A stretch of 33,378 bases of DNA, from IMG/VR virus record IMGVR_UViG_3300006738_000035, positions 1 to 33,378 of that record, one strand, 5' to 3'. Position 1 is the first letter of the stretch, and each line of letters starts with the position of its first letter. Origin of the DNA: a virus (taxonomy: Duplodnaviria; Caudoviricetes). A program made the translations under genes and the position numbers. Under the pieces are notes generated by a model. The model was given only the letters and a program-made list of their open reading frames with translations. It did no database searches and had not been told where the DNA came from. Below are positions 17,327 through 24,412 of this stretch, piece by piece.

Positions 17327-17831
17327 CTCATTATTATTATGGACAATACCGCTTTATGCAGAAATAAAAAACGAGGGGGTCGTAGTTCAATTGGAGAGAG
17401 CCCCTGGTTGTCGACCAGGAAGTTGTGGGTTCGAGTCCCATCGACCCCGAGGAAGTATTGTAATAAATGGATTGTCTTGGCATGATAGCAATATTGGATT
17501 CAATGAAAAGAATTACGGTTTAGGATTAGAAAAAGATTTAAATAAAAAAGTTTTTATATATGGTGGTTTTTTTAAAGATAGTTTTAATGCAACAGCAAAA
17601 TATATAGCAACAGGTTATAGGATTTTATCAAAAGGAGATATTAGTTTTAACGGAATCGTAGGAATAACACATAAAAATATAAATTGGAATGAAGATAGGG
17701 TGTTGCCGTATATACTTCCAAGTGTTTCGTTTTATAATTTTAATCTTGTTGTATTACCAGAAGGTGGATATAAAGACTATAAATGGCCTACAACATTATT
17801 TCTTCAATATAAACTAAATATTAATAATTAA
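17307..17831 (+). CDS. Secreted outer-membrane beta-barrel protein, PagP-like, with a tRNA nested in frame
   Basis: Signal peptide MVKYVILSLLLWTIPLYA/E. The mature region SWH.....NEKNYGLG......GGFFKDSF....Y..GY resembles the PagP-like H...NE.N.G.G...F.DS pattern, with amphipathic strands ending LFLQYKLN. There is no in-frame ATG after the tRNA. Confidence 0.6.
   Translation: MVKYVILSLLLWTIPLYAEIKNEGVVVQLERAPGCRPGSCGFESHRPRGSIVINGLSWHDSNIGFNEKNYGLGLEKDLNKKVFIYGGFFKDSFNATAKYIATGYRILSKGDISFNGIVGITHKNINWNEDRVLPYILPSVSFYNFNLVVLPEGGYKDYKWPTTLFLQYKLNINN
17376..17449 (+). tRNA. tRNA-Asp (GUC), no encoded CCA
   Basis: Acceptor GGGGTCG/CGACCCC, D arm GTTC/GAGC with TGG, anticodon stem CCTGG/CCAGG with loop TT-GTC-GA, T arm GTGGG-TTCGAGT-CCCAT, discriminator G. 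Confidence 0.9.
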
Positions 17832-18481
17832 TGAAAAAACTAGAAAAAATTCAAAAAATGATTGAAACAATCAGGAATTATGGTTCTGCCATTGAAGAAG
17901 AAGTATTATTAACAATGCAAATTGTTCCAAGAGAAAAATTTGTAAATGAAAATCCGTTTGGTAATCATCCCGTAGCAATAGGTTATGGACAAACTATTTC
18001 GCAACCTTTTATCGTGGCATATATGACACATAAATTAAATTTAAAACCAAATCATAAAGTATTAGAAATAGGAACTGGGTCAGGATATCAAACTGCTATC
18101 TTGTCAATATTATGTGAATCTGTTTATACGGTAGAAAGACTTAAAGAATTATCTGTTAAAGCACAAAAGATACTTGAATCTTTGGAATATAATAATATAC
18201 AATTTGCGATTGAAGATGGTCATGATGGTTGGGAAGAACATGCACCTTATGATAGAATCATGGTAACTGCAACAGCAAAAGGCGTACCTATGAATTTATT
18301 AAGACAACTTAAAGTAAATGGTAAAATGATACTTCCAATTGAAATTCCTAACGGTAAGGAACAATTGATTATGGTAACCAAGAAAGATTCTGATTGTTTA
18401 TATGAACAAGAAGACTTAATACTTGTGCGTTTTGTGCCTTTGGTACATGGAACTTCTTTAAAATATTTACAAAAAGAATAG
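17831..18481 (+). CDS. pcm: Protein-L-isoaspartate(D-aspartate) O-methyltransferase
   Basis: VPRE.FV, IGYGQTISQP, VLEIGTGSGYQTA, DG..GW.EHAPYDRI.VTA, QLK.NGKM.LP and VRFVPL, i.e. the PIMT signature motifs. Confidence 0.93.
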   Translation: MKKLEKIQKMIETIRNYGSAIEEEVLLTMQIVPREKFVNENPFGNHPVAIGYGQTISQPFIVAYMTHKLNLKPNHKVLEIGTGSGYQTAILSILCESVYTVERLKELSVKAQKILESLEYNNIQFAIEDGHDGWEEHAPYDRIMVTATAKGVPMNLLRQLKVNGKMILPIEIPNGKEQLIMVTKKDSDCLYEQEDLILVRFVPLVHGTSLKYLQKE

Positions 18482-18485
18482 TTGG

Positions 18486-18502
18486 TTGGTACGTTTCTTG
18501 CA
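18486..18502 (+). promoter_or_regulatory. Putative sigma54 (-24/-12) promoter
   Basis: TTGGTACGTTTCTTGCA versus consensus YTGGCACG-N4-TTGCW: GG-N10-GC spacing is exact, with one mismatch. Confidence 0.6.
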
Positions 18503-18534
18503 TCATTATATGATAGATTAAAGAGATTGAATCT

Positions 18535-18542
18535 TATAAATA
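18535..18542 (+). promoter_or_regulatory. Late promoter TATAAATA upstream of the porin-like gene
   Basis: Exact consensus. Confidence 0.65.
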
Positions 18543-18642
18543 TAGATAATGTACGAGGAGTTTATAATAAAATAGACACAGATGTTTCTATATCTATAGG
18601 AACAATTTTCGCAAACAAAAAAAGAAAACTAGGAGAACAAAG

Positions 18643-19272
18643 ATGATAAAAAATATTTTCCTTGTTCTATTTGCATCTTTACTGCTTACAGTAGGTTCGA
18701 TTGCAGACGGAACGGCAAATAATGAATTTGAAAAGGTAGAAAATAATGTCATAGTTAATTTTGGTGACTTGACAGTAGGACATAGGTCATATGTTGATGA
18801 TGATGAAGCTCAACTTATATTAGGTTATAACGTATGGGATTCATTACAAGTTCTATACAAGAATGTAACTGGAGTTGGCGAAGACCAACACAAATTCAGA
18901 CTTACACATAATACTTTTCAAGTAGGTAATTTTTATGCAAACGCTGTTGTTGAATACATAATGAAAACAGATGACGGTGATGACGTTGTAAGAGTTAGAC
19001 CAGAAGTAGGTGTAGCATTTCCTATAACTGATAAACTTTCAGCTGGTTATTCATTCTCACCACATTGGGATGTTGACCAAGATGAAGATAGTTGGCTATG
19101 GGAACATAATCACTATAGACACGTTGCTGGTGTTGATTATCAAATCAATGACCAATTCACTTTAGGTGTTTTCGCTGAGATTCACCGAGATGCAGAAAAT
19201 AAACTTCAAGAACAGTTCTTAGGAACTGAATTGAGATTCAATTTTCCTGCATTAGCCATTTTTCATAAGTAA
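18643..19272 (+). CDS. Outer-membrane beta-barrel (porin-like) protein
   Basis: Signal peptide MIKNIFLVLFASLLLTVGSIA/D, alternating amphipathic strands (RVRPEVGVAF, AGVDYQINDQFTLG, LGTELRFNF) and an AGGAG RBS. Confidence 0.7.
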   Translation: MIKNIFLVLFASLLLTVGSIADGTANNEFEKVENNVIVNFGDLTVGHRSYVDDDEAQLILGYNVWDSLQVLYKNVTGVGEDQHKFRLTHNTFQVGNFYANAVVEYIMKTDDGDDVVRVRPEVGVAFPITDKLSAGYSFSPHWDVDQDEDSWLWEHNHYRHVAGVDYQINDQFTLGVFAEIHRDAENKLQEQFLGTELRFNFPALAIFHK

Positions 19273-19284
19273 AGATGGAGATTT

Positions 19285-19315
19285 AAAGGGGGGTTGCAAA
19301 ACAACCCCTTTTTTT
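19285..19315 (+). terminator. Rho-independent terminator
   Basis: GGGGTTG-caaaa-CAACCCC followed by T7. Confidence 0.85.
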
Positions 19316-19318
19316 CGC

Positions 19319-19357
19319 TTGACAAACCAAAAAAAATGTTATATACTATTATAAATA
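19319..19357 (+). promoter_or_regulatory. Tandem sigma70 promoter and late promoter
   Basis: TTGACA (19319-24)-17 nt-TATACT (19342-47), then TATAAATA (19350-57). Confidence 0.8.
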
Positions 19358-19365
19358 CTAATAAT

Positions 19366-19461
19366 AGGCAAGAGTGGTTTAGATTCGAGTTAACGTTCAT
19401 TAACTCACGGAGAAAATCAAGAGATTGATACTATAAAAATCTAAACATTCCACTCATGCCT
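19366..19461 (+). ncRNA. Putative structured ncRNA (long closing stem plus three-way junction)
   Basis: Closing helices AGGCA/TGCCT, GAGTG/CACTC and GTTTAGATT/AATCTAAAC; inner hairpins GAGTTAA/TTAACTC and ATCAA-GAGA-TTGAT. It has its own promoters and no meaningful ORF. Confidence 0.65.
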
Positions 19462-19470
19462 TATCTTCTT

Positions 19471-19478
19471 TATAAATA
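19471..19478 (+). promoter_or_regulatory. Late promoter TATAAATA, 5 nt before the g3 ATG
   Basis: Exact consensus; no SD is present. Confidence 0.75.
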
Positions 19479-19483
19479 TTAAT

Positions 19484-20086
19484 ATGGCAACTGTAACAAA
19501 TACTTTATCAAGACAACCCACTAAATTAGATTATGCTGCTCCTACGCAGTTTAAATTTAATATCTTTAATCTACCTAAAGTAGAATATTTTATAATCACT
19601 GCCAATGTACCAGGTATAAGTCTTACTGCTATAGACCATGCCACTCCATTTAAAACGACACCTATTTTGGGTGACGGATTAACATATGATAATCTGGATA
19701 TATCTTTTATTGTAGATGAAAACTATGAAAACTATCTTGAACTTCACAATTGGTTGGTCGGGATTGGTTTTCCACAAAAAAGAGAACAGTTCAAAGATTA
19801 TAGAGACACAGAATCAGGCAGATTTCCTGGTGCAAAAACAAGACACACAAGCAAAGATATTGGAGATACAAAACTCGGAGCTGCAACTCCAGATAAAAGT
19901 TTATATAGTGATGCAACAATGACACTTCTTTCTTCTAAACATAACCCCGTTGTCGAAGTTAGGTTTAGAGATGTCTTTCCATTGACAATGGCGGCATTAG
20001 AATATACTCAAGCGGATACTGATGTAACATATTTAACTATGACAGCAAGTTTCGCTTATTCTCATTACGAAGTTATAACTCTATAA
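19484..20086 (+). CDS. g3: Tail completion/tube terminator protein gp3
   Basis: PTQFKF....LPKVEYF...ANVPGISL, FIVDENYENYLE.HNW and F.DVFP..L motifs; position before uvsY. Confidence 0.85.
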   Translation: MATVTNTLSRQPTKLDYAAPTQFKFNIFNLPKVEYFIITANVPGISLTAIDHATPFKTTPILGDGLTYDNLDISFIVDENYENYLELHNWLVGIGFPQKREQFKDYRDTESGRFPGAKTRHTSKDIGDTKLGAATPDKSLYSDATMTLLSSKHNPVVEVRFRDVFPLTMAALEYTQADTDVTYLTMTASFAYSHYEVITL

Positions 20087-20138
20087 ATAATAATATAACG
20101 ACATAAACTATTGACTTGATTGAAAAATAAGGTATAAT
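20082..20138 (+). promoter_or_regulatory. Late promoter (20082-89) and sigma70 promoter for uvsY
   Basis: TATAAATA; TTGACT (20111-16)-16 nt-TATAAT (20133-38), 7 nt before the ATG. Confidence 0.75.
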
Positions 20139-20145
20139 ATATAGA

Positions 20146-20574
20146 ATGGATTTAAACACGTTACAGGAAGAAGTTGATAAAGATGTTAAAATTAAATCTG
20201 ACCACTTAGATATTGAATCTTTACGAATTCCTGAACTTCACAATAAATATTTAAAATATTATAATCGTTTCCAATTAATTCTTAGAAAAACAGAAACAGA
20301 CTATAAAGAACTTTATAAAGAGAAGTGGGAATATTATACTGGCAAATCTTCACCACAAGTTTATAAAGAAACCCCATTTGAGTTTAAAGTTTTAAAAGCA
20401 GATGTTCCAACCTATCTTGAAAGTGATAAAGACTTGATAGAACTACAACACAAAATAAATTATAACAAAACAATCGTAACATATCTTGAACAGGTTTTAC
20501 GGTCAATAAATAATCGTACATTCACGATTAAAAATGCAATCGAATGGAAAAAATTTGAAGCGGGAGTAATATAA
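20146..20574 (+). CDS. uvsY: Recombination mediator UvsY
   Basis: ESLRIPELH.KY, KWEYYTGK and I.NR.F.IKNAIEW.KF.AG motifs. Confidence 0.92.
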   Translation: MDLNTLQEEVDKDVKIKSDHLDIESLRIPELHNKYLKYYNRFQLILRKTETDYKELYKEKWEYYTGKSSPQVYKETPFEFKVLKADVPTYLESDKDLIELQHKINYNKTIVTYLEQVLRSINNRTFTIKNAIEWKKFEAGVI

Positions 20575-21179
20575 TGACAAAGAAAAATTCAATTGAATCG
20601 AAAAAAGTAGAACCAAAAATTGGCGATTACATTCAAGAATATCCAAACATCTTGTCACCCAAACTTTGTAATCAAATTATAAAGTATTATGAATCAACTG
20701 GTGAATTTGAAAAGAGTACATATAGCACAGATAGTGGTTTGTCGTCTAAAACCGAAGAACGAGTAAGAATGGACGAACAATGGATTACCAGAAAAGAAAA
20801 GGGTGGATTGTATGGCGATTTATTAGCAGGATTTAAAATTGCGTTACAAAAATATTCAGAACTCTATCCAGATGTTGTGATACAACATTCTACACCTTTT
20901 CGTTTAAATCGTTATTCAGCACCAGGTGGATTTATGGTCAGACATATTGATAACATACATCATAGTCATGGTCAACGATATGGATTTCCACACATTACAA
21001 TGTTAATGTTTATGAGTGATGATTATAAAGGTGGTGAACTTGATTTGTGTGATGGATTGTATGTTAAAAAACCTAAAACTGGAACTTGTGTAGTTTTTCC
21101 GTCTAACTTTATGTATCCACATGAAGTAAAACCAGTTACGGAAGGAACAAGATACACAGTTATGGTTTGGTTGATGTAA
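20574..21179 (+). CDS. 2OG-Fe(II) oxygenase (prolyl-4-hydroxylase-like)
   Basis: HID facial-triad motif, DDYKGGEL and VVFPSNFMYPHEVKPVTEGTRY. Confidence 0.85.
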   Translation: MTKKNSIESKKVEPKIGDYIQEYPNILSPKLCNQIIKYYESTGEFEKSTYSTDSGLSSKTEERVRMDEQWITRKEKGGLYGDLLAGFKIALQKYSELYPDVVIQHSTPFRLNRYSAPGGFMVRHIDNIHHSHGQRYGFPHITMLMFMSDDYKGGELDLCDGLYVKKPKTGTCVVFPSNFMYPHEVKPVTEGTRYTVMVWLM

Positions 21180-21193
21180 AGGAGAAAATTATT

Positions 21194-21808
21194 ATGAAAG
21201 AATTACAACATTATAGAATATTTCCTACTAATGTTTTTTCATTTAAAGGTGAAAGTATAAATGAAAAGAAAATGCAGGAATATCTTAATAAGAAATCGAA
21301 AGAAGACTCGGACAGGAAAGGAAACTGGCAATCTGAGCCCGAATTGCATAAAAATAAAATATTTAAAGCATTGGCAGATAATGCACTTGAAGCTACTCAA
21401 GCAGCTTGTGATGCGTTAAAGTACGACCCTAGTTACAAACTTGAAATTACAAGCATGTGGGGTAATATCTTACAAAAATATGAATGTCATCCACCACATA
21501 CACATTCAAATAATGTATGGTCGGGTGTATATTACATAACACAATCGCCAGGACAAAGCAGTATTCAATATTTTATTGGACAACAACAATCACAAGTTTT
21601 GTTACCAAGAGTAACTGAACAAAATTTAGACAATGGAAACCTTGTTGGTTTTCCGTCTGAAAAGGGACAGGGATATGTGTTCCCAAGTTGGGTAGTACAT
21701 TGGGTGCCTCCCCATTTAGATACGACACCAAGAATAAGTGTCGCATGGAATATAATACTTAGAGGCGAATATGGACACCAAAAGGATTTCCAATACGCTA
21801 GAATTTAA
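21194..21808 (+). CDS. Putative 2OG-Fe(II) oxygenase (TIGR02466-like)
   Basis: MWGN....HPPHTH.N..WSGVYY...FPSW..HWV.P....RISVAWN. ATG 21194 follows AAGGAG. Confidence 0.8.
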   Translation: MKELQHYRIFPTNVFSFKGESINEKKMQEYLNKKSKEDSDRKGNWQSEPELHKNKIFKALADNALEATQAACDALKYDPSYKLEITSMWGNILQKYECHPPHTHSNNVWSGVYYITQSPGQSSIQYFIGQQQSQVLLPRVTEQNLDNGNLVGFPSEKGQGYVFPSWVVHWVPPHLDTTPRISVAWNIILRGEYGHQKDFQYARI

Positions 21809-21820
21809 GATTGAAAACAA

Positions 21821-23305
21821 ATGTCATCAACTCTCCAGTCATGTATTGTAACCAAAATAAATGAAGTCTATCTACACTTAGATGTAGAACGAAATGTCGC
21901 TTATGAATTATCAGATTTTTTTACATTTGAAGTTCCAGGTTCAAGATTTATGCCGAGTGTTCGTAATAAATTCTGGGACGGAAAGATTAGACTTTTTAAT
22001 CAACAAACTGGAGAAATATATTGTGGTTTATTGCCACAAATTAAAGAATTTTGCAAACGCAATGAAATAGAAATCGTAATTGCAGATGATGTTGAAGCTT
22101 CCAGAAAGATAGATAAACCTGTTGTAAAAGATTTTATTGAATCTCTCAAACCAAAATCCAAAGGAAAACTTTTAGAAGTAAGAGATTATCAAGTAGATGC
22201 AGTTCATAATGCGATTTCAAACAATCGTGCATTGTTATTATCGCCTACTGCGTCTGGTAAATCACTTATTATCTATGCGTTAGTTCGTTATTATCAAATG
22301 ATGGATTTAAAATCATTGATAATCGTTCCTACAACAAGTCTCGTTGAACAAATGTATTCTGATTTTCTTGATTACGGATGGAAAGAAAACTATTTACAAA
22401 AATTATATCAAGGACACGATAAAAAAGTTATAAATGATGTCATGATATCAACTTGGCAATCTTTATATAAAATGCCGAAAAAATATTTTGATGAATTTGG
22501 TTGTGTCATAGGAGATGAAGCACATTTATATAAAGCAAAATCTCTTACAAGCATTCTTACCAAATTAACTAATGCAAAATATCGTTTTGGTTTGACTGGA
22601 ACTCTTGATGATTCACAAACTCATAGATTAGTTCTTGAAGGGTTGTTTGGAAGTTTAAGTAGGGTTGTTAAAACTAAAGAGTTAATGGATTCAAAAACAC
22701 TTGCAGAATTAAATATTAAATGTTTGTTGTTAGAATATTCAGAAGATGATTGTAAATATATAAAAGATTTTAAATATGCACAGGAAATAGATTTCTTAGT
22801 AACATCTGAAAAAAGAAATGAATTCATTTCAAATTTAACTGTATCCACGAAAGGAAATACTTTATGTTTATTTCAATTGGTAGAAAAACACGGCAACCCT
22901 TTACATGATTTAATAAAACAAAAAGTTTCTGCAAACAGAAAAGTATTTTTTGTATTTGGTGGAACGAGTGCAGATACAAGAGAAGATATCCGAAGAATAA
23001 CAGAAAAAGAAAACAATGCTATTATCGTAGCTTCTTATGGAACATTCTCTACTGGAATTAATATCCGTAATTTACACAATGTTATTTTCGCTAGTCCATC
23101 TAAAAGTAGAATCAGAGTATTACAATCAATAGGTAGGGGATTAAGAAGGGGAGATAACAAGAAAAATGTAAAACTTTATGATATTGCTGATGATTTAACA
23201 CATAAAAGTAGAAAGAATTTTACTTTAAAACACTTTATAGAAAGGATTAATCTTTATAATGAAGAACAGTTCGAATACAACATTAAAAAGATACAAATGA
23301 GATAA
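21821..23305 (+). CDS. uvsW: UvsW SF2 helicase
   Basis: WDGKIRLF, RDYQ, SPTASGKS, DEAH, GLTGT and QSIGRGLR motifs. Confidence 0.95.
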   Translation: MSSTLQSCIVTKINEVYLHLDVERNVAYELSDFFTFEVPGSRFMPSVRNKFWDGKIRLFNQQTGEIYCGLLPQIKEFCKRNEIEIVIADDVEASRKIDKPVVKDFIESLKPKSKGKLLEVRDYQVDAVHNAISNNRALLLSPTASGKSLIIYALVRYYQMMDLKSLIIVPTTSLVEQMYSDFLDYGWKENYLQKLYQGHDKKVINDVMISTWQSLYKMPKKYFDEFGCVIGDEAHLYKAKSLTSILTKLTNAKYRFGLTGTLDDSQTHRLVLEGLFGSLSRVVKTKELMDSKTLAELNIKCLLLEYSEDDCKYIKDFKYAQEIDFLVTSEKRNEFISNLTVSTKGNTLCLFQLVEKHGNPLHDLIKQKVSANRKVFFVFGGTSADTREDIRRITEKENNAIIVASYGTFSTGINIRNLHNVIFASPSKSRIRVLQSIGRGLRRGDNKKNVKLYDIADDLTHKSRKNFTLKHFIERINLYNEEQFEYNIKKIQMR

Positions 23306-23315
23306 ATATAAGTAT

Positions 23316-23720
23316 ATGAGTGATTTAGCTAAAGAACTCCCAACATATTATATAATTAAATTTTTTAATGGTGAAGAAATTGTTTGTGATTTAAATCATA
23401 TAGATGAAGAACAAGTAAAATTAATTAATCCAATGAAAATTCATGCTTATCCTAAGATGACAGAAACAGGACAAGTCAAAGAACAAATTGCACTTCATAG
23501 ATGGTTACATCCTTACACTAACGAAACAGAGTTCACTGTTGGTAAAAAAAACATAATGACAATTGCAAAGTGTTCGGATACAATGATGATATATTATGAA
23601 AACTTTTTATTTAAAAAAGATGATGATAACTTAACACACAAAGAAGTTGAACTAAAAAATCAAGAGAAGAAACATACAAGAGAATATGTTACAGTTAAAA
23701 CTGAAGATGATGTACACTAA
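23316..23720 (+). CDS. Conserved hypothetical protein (Sm-like fold likely)
   Basis: IKF.NGEEIVC....L.NP pattern; usual position between uvsW and g55. Confidence 0.65.
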   Translation: MSDLAKELPTYYIIKFFNGEEIVCDLNHIDEEQVKLINPMKIHAYPKMTETGQVKEQIALHRWLHPYTNETEFTVGKKNIMTIAKCSDTMMIYYENFLFKKDDDNLTHKEVELKNQEKKHTREYVTVKTEDDVH

Positions 23721-23778
23721 CTTATATTTGAAGAACCCACATGGTAAGTATACACAAAAAATATTTTTTGTCAAGCGA

Positions 23779-23807
23779 TTGACAAGATAAAAAAGATGGT
23801 GTATAAT
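23779..23807 (+). promoter_or_regulatory. sigma70 promoter for g55
   Basis: TTGACA-17 nt-TATAAT perfect consensus, 8 nt before the ATG. Confidence 0.85.
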
Positions 23808-23815
23808 ATTATATA

Positions 23816-24400
23816 ATGAAAAAAAGAAAATCAAGAAAAACAACTGATGAACATTATGTAGATAACAAACAGTTTCTACAAGCGATGAAAGATTGGAAAG
23901 AGGAATGTAGGATTGCGAAAAATTTAAACAAACCTGTTCCAATTGTTTCTAATTACATTGGCGAATGTTTTATGAAGATAGCAAATCATTTATCGTATCG
24001 CCCCAACTTTATTAACTATACTTACAGAGATGAAATGATTTCAGATGGAATAGAAAACTGTGTACAATATAGTTATAATTTTAACCCAGAAAAATCAACC
24101 AACCCATTTGCATATTTTACACAAATAATTTATTATGCATTTGTGAGAAGGATACAAAAAGAAAAGAAACAATCCCATATTAAAAACAAGATGATGGAAC
24201 GAGATGTTTTTGAACCCTATATAAAACAGAAAGGGGACACAAACGATTATAATAGTCCAGCATTTGATGAGTTTAAAAATATGATGTTGCCGGAAGAAGA
24301 TGTTTATAAACCTAAGACCAAGATTAAAAGTAAGAAAAAATCTTTAAAGAAAAAAGGAATAAACTTGGGATTAGAAATATTCATGGGTAACGCTGACTAA
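23816..24400 (+). CDS. g55: Late-transcription sigma factor gp55
   Basis: HYVDNK.F, YIGECFMKIA.HLS.RPNF.NY and NPFAYFTQIIYYAF.RRI.KEKKQ motifs. Confidence 0.95.
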   Translation: MKKRKSRKTTDEHYVDNKQFLQAMKDWKEECRIAKNLNKPVPIVSNYIGECFMKIANHLSYRPNFINYTYRDEMISDGIENCVQYSYNFNPEKSTNPFAYFTQIIYYAFVRRIQKEKKQSHIKNKMMERDVFEPYIKQKGDTNDYNSPAFDEFKNMMLPEEDVYKPKTKIKSKKKSLKKKGINLGLEIFMGNAD

Positions 24401-24412
24401 CAATTTAATATT

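Noticed and set aside
19366-19461. Hammerhead ribozyme or tRNA interpretation of the structured RNA
   Set aside because: No CUGANGA core on either strand and no T-loop/CCA cloverleaf.
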